A stretch of 64,000 bases of DNA from an uncultured bacterium (lineage in GTDB: Bacteria; Krumholzibacteriota; Krumholzibacteriia; LZORAL124-64-63), in contig CAVSZB010000007.1 of assembly GCA_963732385.1 (NCBI GenBank), positions 128,001 through 192,000 of the forward strand. The letters are read 5' to 3'. Made by a program: the position numbers and the translations under genes. Within the stretch, counting starts at the first letter, position 1, and each line of letters opens with the position of its first letter. The notes below the pieces were generated by a model. The model worked only from the letters and a program-made list of their open reading frames with translations, had not been told where the DNA came from and ran no database searches. Of this stretch, positions 10,365 through 20,507 are shown one piece after another.

Positions 10365-11308
10365 GCTGCAACCCGCTCACCCCGGGAGAGCGCGGCCCGG
10401 CTGCCGGTTCCGCGTTGGCGTCGACGCGACGGGGACGCCGGCCGCGCCGCCGGCTGCTCTGGCTGCTGTCGCTGGCGTTCATTGCCGTGGCGGGAGTGCT
10501 CGGGGGGGCCCGCTGGCTGCTGACGGCCGAGCGGTTCGCGGTTGTGCGGATCGAGACCGGCCCCTATCGCTTCAGTGATCCGGCCCGGCTCGAGGCGCAA
10601 CTGGGCACCGCACTCGGCAGCAACATCTGGACCGGCGCCGGCGCGCGCCGGCTGTTGGTCGATCTGCCCGCTCTGCCGTGGGTGCGCCGGGCCCGCGTGG
10701 CGCGAGAACTGCCCGGCACGCTGCGTGTCGAGATCGAGGAGTGGCGTCCGCTGCTGGAGGTGGCGCCCGATTCAAGCGTCGGCGCGGGGCCAGGCGAATT
10801 TGTCCTGCTTGCCGATGGGCGCGTGGAGCCGTTCCCCGGCCATCTTCCGCGGCCCGATCTGCCGCTGCTGGTCGGCGCGCGGTTGCAGACGCGGCCCGAC
10901 GGCGGCTGGCGGCTCGTGCCGGGCCAGGCCGACAGCGTGCTCGCGCTCGCGGCGGCCGTGGCCGAGACCGGGATTGAGGGGTGTGCGCCGGTGGATTTCA
11001 TTCTGACCGGCGACGAGGGGCTGAGCCTGGTGCTGCAGGGGGGGCGGGCCCGCCTCCTGGTCGGTGGCGAGGACTATGCCGGTCGCCTGCGCCGGTTCCT
11101 CGCGCTGCGCAACCGACTGTCGGATGGCGCCGTGGTCGACCTCCGGTTCGAACGGCGACTTTTCGTGGATGACCAGAACACTGCCGAACCGTTGCCTGCG
11201 GGCGACGGCGCCGGAGCAGCAGAGGAATCGGCGGTCCGGCGCGGCCGGGCCACGGTCGCGGCGCCTGCGGGCCGCGCCGCACGCGCACGCGCCCGAGCGC
11301 GCGTCTAG
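10361..11308 (+). CDS. ftsQ: Cell division protein FtsQ/DivIB
   Basis: Basic N-terminus, single TM, POTRA-like LPWVRRARVARELPGTLRVEIEE, C-terminal VDLRF; sits between murC and ftsA. Confidence 0.88.
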   Translation: MSCNPLTPGERGPAAGSALASTRRGRRPRRRLLWLLSLAFIAVAGVLGGARWLLTAERFAVVRIETGPYRFSDPARLEAQLGTALGSNIWTGAGARRLLVDLPALPWVRRARVARELPGTLRVEIEEWRPLLEVAPDSSVGAGPGEFVLLADGRVEPFPGHLPRPDLPLLVGARLQTRPDGGWRLVPGQADSVLALAAAVAETGIEGCAPVDFILTGDEGLSLVLQGGRARLLVGGEDYAGRLRRFLALRNRLSDGAVVDLRFERRLFVDDQNTAEPLPAGDGAGAAEESAVRRGRATVAAPAGRAARARARARV

Positions 11309-11329
11309 ACGACCGGGAAGGAGCCTCGG

Positions 11330-12592
11330 ATGAGCAACGGACAACTGCTGGTCGCCTGCGACTTCGGAACCTCCAATTTCCGTACGCTGGTCAGCACGGT
11401 GGGCGCGGACGGGCGCGTCGAGGTGCTCGGCGCGGCCTGCGTGGCGGCTGCCGGTTTCCGCGACGGCGATTTCGTCGATCTGCAGGCCGGGAGCCACGCG
11501 ATCGAACGGGCGGTGGGGGCGGCCGAGGCGGAAGCCGACGTCGACATCGCCGCTTTCTTCTACAACATCGCCGGCAGTCACCTGCGATCCTTCTCGGCGC
11601 GGGGACAGATCCAGCTCGGGCCGGTCCCGCGCGCCATCACCGCGGTCGACATGGACTCCGCGCTGAACCGTGCGCGCACCCTGGAGATCCCATTCGACCA
11701 GTGCATCCTCGCCGCCAACCCGGTCGATTGGGCGGTGGACCGGGTCCACGGCATCGTCGATCCGCGCGGCCGGCTTGGCAGCCAGCTCCAGGTCGATGCC
11801 CACCTCGTGACCGCCTCCGGAACCGTCGTGCGCAACGTGGAGCACGCCATCAAGACGGCCGGCTATGAGGTCGCCGGCCGTGCAGTGGACAGCCTGGCCA
11901 CGGCCGAGGCTCTGCTGCAGACGCAGGAGCTCGATGAGGGGGTTTTGCTGATCGATGTCGGGGGACGTTCCACGCAGTGGGCGCTCTTCCGCGGCGGACG
12001 GCTGGCCGGCAACGGCGCCGTGCCGTGGGGCGGCGCCCATCTGACCGCCGACCTCGCGCATGGCCTGCGCGTCGGCCTCCAGGAGGCGGAGCAGGTGAAG
12101 AGGCAGTGCGGCGTCGTGCTGCGTAGTCTCGTGGATGAAGCCGACCCTTTGGCGCTGTTCGAGGAGGAGCGCCCGGCTCCGTCGCCCGGCCTGCTCGCCG
12201 CGATCCTCGAACCGCGTCTCGAGGAGATATTCGCGCTGGTGAAGAACGATCTGCGCGACCCGGGTCTGCTTTCCGGGCTGGGTCGCGGCGTGGTGCTGAC
12301 CGGCGGCGGCAGTCGTTGCCGCGGCGCCGCCGCGCTCTGCGAGGAGGTGTTCGGGCTGCCGGCCGTCTGTCGCTATCTGCCGCCGGGAATGGCAGGGAAC
12401 GAGCGGCTGGGCGACGGCCAGTGGGCCACCGCGCTCGGCCTGACCCTCTGGGCGATGCGCGGCGAGGTGCAGACCCGGGCAGCCGTTGCGTCGGCGGGCG
12501 GCGGGGAGACGTCGGTCCCCCTCTGGCACCGGATGCGCAGCCGGCTGGGACGGGCCTCCCGGCCCGGGGGGGGGGCGGCGCCGGGGCGTTGA
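11330..12592 (+). CDS. ftsA: Cell division protein FtsA
   Basis: DFGTS, LIDVGG, GGAHLTADL, AEQVK, VVLTGGGS actin-fold motifs; C-terminal amphipathic PLWHRMRSRL. Confidence 0.94.
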   Translation: MSNGQLLVACDFGTSNFRTLVSTVGADGRVEVLGAACVAAAGFRDGDFVDLQAGSHAIERAVGAAEAEADVDIAAFFYNIAGSHLRSFSARGQIQLGPVPRAITAVDMDSALNRARTLEIPFDQCILAANPVDWAVDRVHGIVDPRGRLGSQLQVDAHLVTASGTVVRNVEHAIKTAGYEVAGRAVDSLATAEALLQTQELDEGVLLIDVGGRSTQWALFRGGRLAGNGAVPWGGAHLTADLAHGLRVGLQEAEQVKRQCGVVLRSLVDEADPLALFEEERPAPSPGLLAAILEPRLEEIFALVKNDLRDPGLLSGLGRGVVLTGGGSRCRGAAALCEEVFGLPAVCRYLPPGMAGNERLGDGQWATALGLTLWAMRGEVQTRAAVASAGGGETSVPLWHRMRSRLGRASRPGGGAAPGR

Positions 12593-12719
12593 ACGCGACG
12601 GTGCGCGTGAAAAAGGTATTGGACGGAACCTTCGCCATGTGCTAATTATCGCCCCGTCACGGATGGCGGCCCGCCTGAGGATCGCGTGCACCCGGCTCAT
12701 GGATGAGGGGGCGATCATC

Positions 12720-14264
12720 ATGTTCGAGTTCGTTGAAGATGTCGATCAGGTAGCCCGGATCAAGGTCGTTGGGGTTGGCGGGGCGGGCGGCAATGCCGTC
12801 AACCGCATGGTCGAGGCGGGGCTCACCGGGGTCGAATTCCTGGCCGTCAATACTGATGCCCAGGCCCTGCGCCAGTCGCTCGCCCATCAGACCCTGCAGA
12901 TTGGCACGCAGATCACGCGCGGGCTCGGCTCCGGCGGAGATCCGGTCATCGGTCGCAAGGCGGTCGAGGAGGACGAGGCGGCGCTGACCGACGCTCTCCA
13001 CGGTTGCGACATGGTGTTCGTCACCGCCGGCATGGGCGGCGGCACCGGCACCGGCGCCGCGCCGGTCGTGGCCCGCATCGCCCGCGAACTCGGCGCGCTC
13101 ACCGTGGCTGTCGTCACCAAGCCGTTCGGGTTCGAGGGCAGTGTCCGCATGGCGCAGGCGGAGGTGGGAACTTCCGAACTGCGGGACAACGTCGACACGC
13201 TGATCATGATCCCCAACCAGCGGCTGCTCGAGGTCATCCCTCCCACGACGACCTTCATCGAGGCGTTCCGGATCGCCGACAACGTGCTCTACGAAGCGAC
13301 CCGCGGCATCCATGAGATTATCGCCCGTCCCAACCTGGTCAATCTCGACTTCGCCGACGTCCGCTCAGTCATGAAGGGCATGGGTGTGGCCCTGATGGGG
13401 ACCGGTCGGGCGCGGGGCGAAAACCGGGCCGAGGAGGCTGCGCGCGCGGCGATCAGTTCGCCGCTGCTGGAGGATGTCGACATCCACGGCGCCCGCGCGG
13501 TGCTCGTCAATCTCACAAGCGCCGATCTCGGCATCGCCGAGGTGAGCCGCGCCATGAGCCTCGTGCAGGAGGCGGCCGGCGCTCAGGCGCACATCATGTT
13601 CGGCTATGGCATCGATGAGGCCCTCGGAGACGAACTGCAGGTCACGGTCGTGGCGACCGGTTTCACGGCGGGTCAGCCGCCGGTAGCGGAGTCCCCGGTG
13701 GTTGCGCGCGCCGCGGCGCGCGTCGAGGCAGCGCCGACGCCGGCTTCGGTGGCGTTTGCCCCGGCGCCAGACCTCCCCCCTGCTCCGAAGCCCGCCGTGC
13801 TGGCTGAGCCGGCCGCGCCGGCGCAAATTCCGGCTCCGGCCGTCGCCGCCACCGCTGTCGCGGCCGCGACCGTCGCTGCGACGCCGGCCGCGCAGCCCGC
13901 TCCTGACTCCTTCTTTATCACTTCGCCGGCGTCATCGCCGCCGCTGCGGCGGGCTGCGCCTGCGCCCGAACCGGCCCTCGCGTGGGAGGAAAAGGTCGCG
14001 CCGCCCGCCCCCCGGCATCTCGTCGCCGCGGCGGCCGCCGCCGGCAGCGACGATTTCCTGGTTGCCCGGCCTGCCGCTTCGGAACTGTCCGATCCGCTCC
14101 GACCGTTCCTGACGCCGCTTGATCCGGTGGCGCCGCTGGCAGCGACGGTCGGGACCGGTGGGGGCTCTTTCGGCGCGCCGGCCGCGCGGACTTCGTCCTT
14201 CCAGAGCGACGCGCTCATGGCCGACCTCAGCGAACCGGCCTACACGCGGAAGTACCTGGACTGA
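12720..14264 (+). CDS. ftsZ: Cell division GTPase FtsZ with long Pro/Ala-rich linker
   Basis: GVGGAGGNA, NTDAQAL, GMGGGTGTG signature, NLDFADV T7 loop; C-terminal peptide DLSEPAYTRKYLD. ATG at 12720 follows GAGGGGG. Confidence 0.98.
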   Translation: MFEFVEDVDQVARIKVVGVGGAGGNAVNRMVEAGLTGVEFLAVNTDAQALRQSLAHQTLQIGTQITRGLGSGGDPVIGRKAVEEDEAALTDALHGCDMVFVTAGMGGGTGTGAAPVVARIARELGALTVAVVTKPFGFEGSVRMAQAEVGTSELRDNVDTLIMIPNQRLLEVIPPTTTFIEAFRIADNVLYEATRGIHEIIARPNLVNLDFADVRSVMKGMGVALMGTGRARGENRAEEAARAAISSPLLEDVDIHGARAVLVNLTSADLGIAEVSRAMSLVQEAAGAQAHIMFGYGIDEALGDELQVTVVATGFTAGQPPVAESPVVARAAARVEAAPTPASVAFAPAPDLPPAPKPAVLAEPAAPAQIPAPAVAATAVAAATVAATPAAQPAPDSFFITSPASSPPLRRAAPAPEPALAWEEKVAPPAPRHLVAAAAAAGSDDFLVARPAASELSDPLRPFLTPLDPVAPLAATVGTGGGSFGAPAARTSSFQSDALMADLSEPAYTRKYLD

Positions 14265-14331
14265 GCCGGCGGTGGCGGCGACGCGCCGTCCCCGGCGCGC
14301 CGACCGCGGGCGCGAGGGCGGGAGCGGGACG

Positions 14332-15993
14332 ATGTCGCTGATCGGCAAACTGCTCGGGCGGCACGAAGACGATCCGTATGCCCGGGGGATCACCCTGTTC
14401 GATGCAGGGCGCTATGCCGAGGCCGCCGAAGCTCTGCGCGGCGCCGTCCAGAAGCGACGGCCCACAGCCGCCGGCAATCTGGCCGCCTTCTATCAACTGC
14501 AGGCTCTGACCCGTGAAGGACGGCGTCTGCTGCGGGCCGGTCAGGCGGCGGCGGCGAGTCCGTTTCTCGCCGAGGCGGTTGCCGGCTGGGACCGCTACCC
14601 CGATCTGCACGCTCTGCTCGGCCTGACGCAGGCCCAGGCGGGGCAGTGGCCCGAGGCGCTGCACTCCGCCACGGAAGCTCTCCGCCGCAACCCGGACTAC
14701 GTTGAAGCGCGGCTTCTGGAGGCTGCGGCGTTGCGACGTCTCGGTCGTTTGCGGGAGGCGGCGGCGAGCCTCGACAAGCTCGTAGAGTCGGGTCGCCGCG
14801 TCGATCACCCGCTGATCGCCTCGTTGTCACGCGCCGGCGGTTACGACGCCGACCACCTCCCCGACGATCTCGAGGCGCGGATCGAGCGTCTCGCGACCGG
14901 CCCGGAGCCGGGCAGCGAGGTGGCTACGGCGGTCGCGCTCTGTCGCGCCGGGCGCTGGAAGGAAGGAGTGGAGAATCTGCGCGCCCTCTGTGCGGCGCGA
15001 CCGGACTACCCCGATTATCGGCTCAAGCTCGGGGCGGCTCTCTACCAACTCGGCCGGAATGATGATGCTCTTGCGGAACTCGCGCACGCGCTCGCGGTCC
15101 AGCCGCATTACCACACGGCCGCCCATCTCATGGCGCTCGTTCTCGCGGACCAGGGACGGTTCTCATCCGCGCGCGAGGTTCTGGCGGCGCATCCACCGGC
15201 GGCCGGAAGCACGGCCGGCAATCCGCACGAGACGCTCTTTTCCGCCTACCTTTCCGCGGTGCTGGCGCTGCTTGGCGGCTGCCCCGGTGATGCGCTGGCC
15301 ATGCTGGCCGACTGGGAGGATCTGACGCTGACCTTCGCGCGCGGCGAACTGGTGCGGGCCGCCGCGGAGGATCTGCTGGGCCGTCCGGACGCTGCCGGCC
15401 GGCGGCTGGCTGCGCTGGCGACTGCCTGGCCCGGGGATGCCGCGTACCAGCATCTGCATGTGTGTCATCTGCTGCGCGCAGGCGATTTGGCGACCGCCGA
15501 GCGCGTGTTGTCCCGCTGGCCCTCCGCGGGCGAAGGGAACGCTGATATCCGTCCGCTTCTGCTCAACACCCACCTTACCCTGGCCCGCGATCGGGCAGTG
15601 CCGTCTCCACCGGCCGGCGTGGTGGAGGCGGGTGACCCGGCCTGGCGTTTTCTGGCGGTGCGGGCCTTCGCGCAAAGGGGGCAGTGGGCCGAGAGTCTCG
15701 CCGGAGCGTCGGTGCTATGGCGGGAGGGGTGGCGCACCGAGCGGGTGGCGCTGGTCCTGCTGGGCGCGGCGAACGCGGTTGGCGAGGCGCCCGCCGATCT
15801 GGTGACCGACCGCTGGGAGGTGCTGCCGGAATCGGTGCTGCCGCTGCTCTTGCCGCTGTGGAATCGGACCGGCCGCGCCGTCGAGGCGGACGCCATATGT
15901 GCGCGTCATCGCGAGCTTCACGGGGAGGACCTGCGCTGGACCTGGCTATGGCCTTCGTTCTGGCTGGAGCCGGTCCGCCGCTGGATCGGCTGA
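14332..15993 (+). CDS. Tetratricopeptide-repeat protein
   Basis: Repeated TPR-like helices (YPDLHALLG, ALRRNPDYVEAR, PDYPDYRLKLG, ALAVQPHY); 67 nt after ftsZ on the same strand. Confidence 0.82.
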   Translation: MSLIGKLLGRHEDDPYARGITLFDAGRYAEAAEALRGAVQKRRPTAAGNLAAFYQLQALTREGRRLLRAGQAAAASPFLAEAVAGWDRYPDLHALLGLTQAQAGQWPEALHSATEALRRNPDYVEARLLEAAALRRLGRLREAAASLDKLVESGRRVDHPLIASLSRAGGYDADHLPDDLEARIERLATGPEPGSEVATAVALCRAGRWKEGVENLRALCAARPDYPDYRLKLGAALYQLGRNDDALAELAHALAVQPHYHTAAHLMALVLADQGRFSSAREVLAAHPPAAGSTAGNPHETLFSAYLSAVLALLGGCPGDALAMLADWEDLTLTFARGELVRAAAEDLLGRPDAAGRRLAALATAWPGDAAYQHLHVCHLLRAGDLATAERVLSRWPSAGEGNADIRPLLLNTHLTLARDRAVPSPPAGVVEAGDPAWRFLAVRAFAQRGQWAESLAGASVLWREGWRTERVALVLLGAANAVGEAPADLVTDRWEVLPESVLPLLLPLWNRTGRAVEADAICARHRELHGEDLRWTWLWPSFWLEPVRRWIG

Positions 15994-16017
15994 CGGGGGG
16001 ACGCGCCCCCCGGCCGT

Positions 16018-16410
16018 TCAACTGGTCGCGCCGGTTTTGGCGAGGCGGTTGATCATGGTGACAACGCGCTCGAGTTCATACGGCTTGCTGACGTAGGCGT
16101 CCGCGAGATATTGCTGGGTGCGCAGACGGTGTTTTTCATCCTCGGAGGCGGTCAGAATCAGGACCGGAAGATTCGCGGTGCGCCCGAGAGACCGGATCCG
16201 CTTGAGCAGTTCGAACCCGTCCATCACCGGCATCATCAGATCGAGCACGACACAGTCGGGCAGGGCCTCCTGCAGCGCGCGGAATCCCTCTGCGCCGTCC
16301 GCGGCCGTCCGCACGGCGAAGCCGCGCGTCTCCAGTTGCAGCGCGAGAATCCGTCGCACCGAGGGGTCATCTTCCACGAGCAGAACCTGGATCGCATCAT
16401 TCTCTGACAT
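16018..16410 (-). CDS. Single-domain response regulator (receiver)
   Basis: VLLVEDD, LDLMMPVMDG (phospho-Asp), LTA and SKP motifs; GGAGAG RBS. Confidence 0.93.
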   Translation of the reverse strand: MSENDAIQVLLVEDDPSVRRILALQLETRGFAVRTAADGAEGFRALQEALPDCVVLDLMMPVMDGFELLKRIRSLGRTANLPVLILTASEDEKHRLRTQQYLADAYVSKPYELERVVTMINRLAKTGATS

Positions 16411-16484
16411 ATACGGTCACTCTCCTGGTCCACGGGCGATCACCGACCTGGAACCGCGGGCGTGGACGGATGTTCGCGTTGCTG

Positions 16485-16511
16485 TTATCGTCCGGGCAGC
16501 CAAGCGCTTGA
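16485..16511 (-). promoter_or_regulatory. Sigma-28 (FliA/WhiG)-type promoter for the receiver gene
   Basis: Minus strand reads TCAAG-N14-GACGATAA. Confidence 0.65.
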
Positions 16512-16530
16512 CCAGGAAGTGCAGAACAAG

Positions 16531-18030
16531 ATGATGTCTATCTTAATATTCCCAGCCCCCGGCGATCGGTGCTTTCCGGCCTGCCGCATCGGAGTCGCGG
16601 GTCTATTCCTGATGTTGACCGCCGCCGTGGCGACGGCCCAGCCCGCCGCCCTTCCGCCGGCGTCGGCGACCGCCGATCCCTGTGTGGAAGGGGTGCGCCT
16701 GTTCCGGGGGCGCGATCTCCGGAGTGCCGAACCGCTCCTGCAGCGGTGCGTGGCCGAGCACCCCGCCGCCGAACCGCTCGCCTGCCTGGCGGCGATCGCG
16801 TCGCTCGGCGGGCGTTCGCAACAGTCCGGCGAGTACGCGGCGCGGGCGGTCGAACTGGACAGCACCAGCGTGGATGCGCGGTACTGGCTCGGGCGGGCCC
16901 AGATGGAGCAGGGGGACAAGGCCGCCGCCCAGCGGACCTGGGATGGCGGTCTGCGGCTCTCCACCGATCACGCCGGCATCCTGGAGGGACTGGCGCGGCT
17001 CGCGGCCGATCGCGGCGAAACGTCGAAGGCGTACAATCTCCTCGCGCGGATGGTGCGCATAGGCAAGGCGGAGGGTTGGACCCACCGGATGCTGGCCGAT
17101 CTGGCGCGGCGGCGGGGGTTGTGGGCGGACGCCCTGCAGCATTGGCGCGACGCCATGGCGCTCGACGGGGAGGACGCGGCCTCCCGGCGCACCGAAGTGG
17201 ACCTCGCGATTCTCGCCGGGGACACCGTGGCGGCGGTCAAGGCGGGACGGCAGGCACTGACCCTGAGTCCCGACGGCCCTGGCTACGGCAGCCTGGGTCA
17301 GGCGCTGTTCGCCGCACGGCGCTACGACGAAGCGGTCGGGGTGCTGCGCCGGGCGGTCGAGCTGGAGCCGGCCGAGCCGCAGCACCGCATCAACCTCGCC
17401 AATGTCCTTGAGGTGCTCGATCAACCCGAAGAGGCGGAGCAGAACTTCGCGCAGTACGTGAAGCTCCAGCCCTCGGATGCCCGTGGGCGCTTCAATTACG
17501 GTGTTCATCTGCAGAACCAGAGTCGCCCGCTGGAGGCGCTGACGCAGATCCAGGAGGCGGTCCGGCTGTCGCCAGGCATGCTGACCGCAAGGGTCGTCCA
17601 GGGGCAATTGCTGGAGCAACTCGGTCGCTATCCGGAGGCGCTGGCGGTCGTCGATACACTCATGGCCCGCGATCAAAATAGCGAGAACCGGGCTCAACTG
17701 AGAGCCTGGCGAGCCAACGTGGTGGGCAAGCAGCAGGACGACGCGGCGGCCTCGCAGGCCGGACTGATGCATCTGCTCCATATCGTGACCGCCGACACCG
17801 TGGCGGTGCGCCTCATCCGGCGCGATCTGCAGTCCGGACTCGATTTTGCGGCGCTGGCGACGCGGTACAGCAGAGGTCCGACCGCCGCGCAGGGGGGGGA
17901 CATCGGAAGGGTGGCGCCGGAGGATCTGGTGGAACCAATGCGTTCGGCAGTGCGCGTGCTCGCGTTAGACGCCGTCACGCCCCCGTTGGAGGCGCGCGGT
18001 CAGTGGCATTTTTTCAAACGCGTGCGGTGA
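16531..18030 (+). CDS. Exported TPR protein with C-terminal parvulin/PpiC-type PPIase domain
   Basis: Signal-like hydrophobic stretch, many TPRs, then HLLHIV...DFAALATRYS.GPTAAQGGDIG...GQWHFFK rotamase motifs. Start uncertain (16462-16612). Confidence 0.82.
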   Translation: MMSILIFPAPGDRCFPACRIGVAGLFLMLTAAVATAQPAALPPASATADPCVEGVRLFRGRDLRSAEPLLQRCVAEHPAAEPLACLAAIASLGGRSQQSGEYAARAVELDSTSVDARYWLGRAQMEQGDKAAAQRTWDGGLRLSTDHAGILEGLARLAADRGETSKAYNLLARMVRIGKAEGWTHRMLADLARRRGLWADALQHWRDAMALDGEDAASRRTEVDLAILAGDTVAAVKAGRQALTLSPDGPGYGSLGQALFAARRYDEAVGVLRRAVELEPAEPQHRINLANVLEVLDQPEEAEQNFAQYVKLQPSDARGRFNYGVHLQNQSRPLEALTQIQEAVRLSPGMLTARVVQGQLLEQLGRYPEALAVVDTLMARDQNSENRAQLRAWRANVVGKQQDDAAASQAGLMHLLHIVTADTVAVRLIRRDLQSGLDFAALATRYSRGPTAAQGGDIGRVAPEDLVEPMRSAVRVLALDAVTPPLEARGQWHFFKRVR

Positions 18031-18039
18031 GTGGGTGGG

Positions 18040-18231
18040 TCAGGCAACCTTTTTGAAGCCGGGCGTGCGCAGGCAGCGCGTGCAGACGTAGCCGCGCTGA
18101 ACCCGGCCGGCGGCCTCGAACCTGACCTTCTGCAGATTCGGCAACCAGCGGTGGCGTGAGACGTTGTGGGCATGGCTGATACGATTGCCGTACTGCGGAC
18201 CCTTGCCGCAGACGGAGCAAATCCGGCTCAT
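18040..18231 (-). CDS. rpmB: 50S ribosomal protein L28 (Zn-ribbon C+ form)
   Basis: [23 protein letters not shown]...WLPNLQ...VCTRCLR; GGAGGA RBS. Confidence 0.97.
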   Translation of the reverse strand: MSRICSVCGKGPQYGNRISHAHNVSRHRWLPNLQKVRFEAAGRVQRGYVCTRCLRTPGFKKVA

Positions 18232-18271
18232 AGAAAGTCCTCCAGCTCCGAGTGGATATTCACGACCTGAT

Positions 18272-18300
18272 AATTTAGCATGCCGTCCGCGGCGCGGCAA
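18272..18300 (-). promoter_or_regulatory. Sigma-70-type promoter of rpmB
   Basis: Minus strand TTGCCG-N17-TAAATT with extended -10 TG. Confidence 0.55.
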
Positions 18301-18335
18301 GGGTTTTCCGGCGAACAGCCGGAGGAGGGGCGATC

Positions 18336-20420
18336 GTGACAGGACCCCCGACCTGGGACACCCCGGTGCAGTTCCTGCGCACGGTCGGCCCTGTCCGGGC
18401 GCTCGCGCTGGCGCGACTAGGCATCGCCACGGCTGGAGATCTGCTGCGGCACTACCCCCGCCGCTGGTTCGATCGCGGCACCGTCACGCCGATCCAACGC
18501 CTGGCCGCCGGCAGGGAAGCCACGGTCGAGGGGGAGATCCTGACCGTTGGCGAAAGGCGCACCCGCCGGGGCGGTTCGCTCCAGACGATCACCCTCGCCG
18601 ACAGCACCGGCCACCTTCTCCTCGTCTGGTTCAATCAGGGCTATCTGCTGCGCCAGTTGCGTCCAGGCCTGAGAATGATGTGCAGCGGCCTGGTGCAGAC
18701 CCATACCGGGCGGCCGCAGTTCATCCATCCCGACTGGGCCCTGATCGGCGGGGAGGAAGATCCTCTGCACACCGGCCGACTCGTGCCGCAGTACGCGCTG
18801 ACGCAGGGGCTCGGACAACATTGGTTGCGGCACCTCATCCACGACACCCTGACGGCGCTGCTGCCGGGACTCGGGGAAACTCTGCCCGCGGCCCTGTGCC
18901 GCCGTCGCTGCCTGAGCGGGCTGGGCGAGGCGCTGCGCGGGATCCATTTTCCGGCCACGCCTCAGGAGCGCGACGCAGCGCTGGGACGTCTGGTCTACGA
19001 GGAGCTGTTCCTCGTGCACCTGGCGATGACGCTGCGGCGGCGCGGCCTGACCGCGCGCGAGGGGATACGGCTGGAGAAGCCGGGCGACCTCACTCGCCGG
19101 CTGGTGGAGGGGTTGCCGTTCCGTCTGACCGCGGCGCAGCGACGGGTGCTGGCCGAAATCCTGGCCGACCTGCGCTCGGGCCGCCCCATGCATCGGCTGC
19201 TGCAGGGGGATGTCGGTTCCGGCAAGACCATCGTGGCGCTCGTGGCCGCGCTGTTCGTGATCGAACAGGGCTGGCAGGCTGCGCTCCTGGCGCCCACGGA
19301 GATCCTCGCCGCGCAGCACGGGGCCACGCTCACCCGCCTGGCCTCACCGCTCGGGGTGACCGTGGCGTCGTTGACCGGCGGCACGCCGGCGGCCGAGCGG
19401 CGGGCGGTGCTCAACGCCGCGACCCGGGGCGAGATCGACCTCCTGATCGGCACGCACGCCCTGCTGCAGGCCGATGTCCGCCTGCCGCGCCTGGCGCTGA
19501 CCATCGTCGACGAGCAGCACCGGTTCGGGGTCGCCCAGCGCGGCCGCGCGGCAGCGCCGACCGCCGGTGGGGCGCCGCCGCACATGCTGGTGATGAGCGC
19601 AACGCCGATCCCGCGCAGCCTCGCACTGACGCTTTACGGTGACCTTGACCTCTCCTGGCTCGACGAACTTCCGCCGGGACGCCAGCCGGTCGCCACCCAC
19701 ATCCTGACGGCGGAGCGGCAGGAAGAGGTCCACGCGCGACTCGTGGCGGAGCTGGGGGCCGGGCGGCAGGCCTATGTCGTTTTTCCGGTCATCGAGGCGA
19801 CGGCCGGTGGCGATCTGCGGGCTGCGAAGGCGGAGTACGAACGACTTGCCGCGGGTCCGTTCCGGGCCTGGCGCGTCGCGCTGCTGCACGGCCGCCTGAA
19901 GCCGCGCGAAAAGGCGGATGTTATGGCGAGGTTCGCGGAGGGCCGGCTCGACCTGCTCGTGGCGACCACTATCGTGGAGGTGGGGCTCGACGTGCCCAAT
20001 GCCACGGTGATGGTGATCCACCACCCCGAGCGTCTCGGCCTGGCGCAGCTCCACCAGCTGCGCGGGAGGGTGGGACGCGGCGCCACCCGGGCCGACTGCT
20101 GGCTGCTGACCGACCCCTGGGCGGCTCCGGAGACCCGTGAACGGATCGCTTTCTTCGCCGCCCACACCGACGGTTTCGCCCTCGCCGAGGAGGACCTGAG
20201 GCGGCGTGGGCCGGGGGAACTGCTCGGCACGCGCCAGCACGGCGCGCCGGGATTCCGCCTGGCCAATCCGCTGCGCGACGCCGCCGTGGTGCGGGCCTGC
20301 GCGGACGACGCGGCGGCCCTGCTGGCGGCCGACCCGGGTCTCGCCTCGCCGGACGGCGAACGCCTGCGGCGGGCGCTGGCCGGGGGCTTCAGCCACCTCC
20401 TGCCGCCAGCGGCCGGTTGA
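18336..20420 (+). CDS. recG: ATP-dependent DNA helicase RecG
   Basis: Wedge/OB domain, [57 protein letters not shown]. Confidence 0.97.
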   Translation: MTGPPTWDTPVQFLRTVGPVRALALARLGIATAGDLLRHYPRRWFDRGTVTPIQRLAAGREATVEGEILTVGERRTRRGGSLQTITLADSTGHLLLVWFNQGYLLRQLRPGLRMMCSGLVQTHTGRPQFIHPDWALIGGEEDPLHTGRLVPQYALTQGLGQHWLRHLIHDTLTALLPGLGETLPAALCRRRCLSGLGEALRGIHFPATPQERDAALGRLVYEELFLVHLAMTLRRRGLTAREGIRLEKPGDLTRRLVEGLPFRLTAAQRRVLAEILADLRSGRPMHRLLQGDVGSGKTIVALVAALFVIEQGWQAALLAPTEILAAQHGATLTRLASPLGVTVASLTGGTPAAERRAVLNAATRGEIDLLIGTHALLQADVRLPRLALTIVDEQHRFGVAQRGRAAAPTAGGAPPHMLVMSATPIPRSLALTLYGDLDLSWLDELPPGRQPVATHILTAERQEEVHARLVAELGAGRQAYVVFPVIEATAGGDLRAAKAEYERLAAGPFRAWRVALLHGRLKPREKADVMARFAEGRLDLLVATTIVEVGLDVPNATVMVIHHPERLGLAQLHQLRGRVGRGATRADCWLLTDPWAAPETRERIAFFAAHTDGFALAEEDLRRRGPGELLGTRQHGAPGFRLANPLRDAAVVRACADDAAALLAADPGLASPDGERLRRALAGGFSHLLPPAAG

Positions 20421-20434
20421 TCCAGCCATTCCCC

Positions 20435-20461
20435 TCAAGCCGGTGGCGCGTGGGACGATAA
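20435..20461 (+). promoter_or_regulatory. Sigma-28-type promoter for the HDOD operon
   Basis: TCAAG-N14-GACGATAA, with boxes identical to those at 16485-16511. Confidence 0.65.
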
Positions 20462-20507
20462 ACCGTCCGGAAAGGAGCCGTACGCGTCCTCGCACTACGG
20501 CTACAAC

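Noticed and set aside
12619..12648. Internal ftsZ promoter TTGGAC...TGCTAATTA
   Set aside because: AT-rich and plausible, but spacing and the -10 match are too weak to call.
1074..12721. Long antisense and alternate-frame ORFs over the dcw genes (e.g. 1074-3221, 8856-10340, 10772-12721 on minus), with similar ones over valS and uvrB
   Set aside because: Shadow ORFs caused by high GC3 and scarce stop codons; Arg/Pro/Ala-rich with no motifs, and overlapping confidently identified genes.
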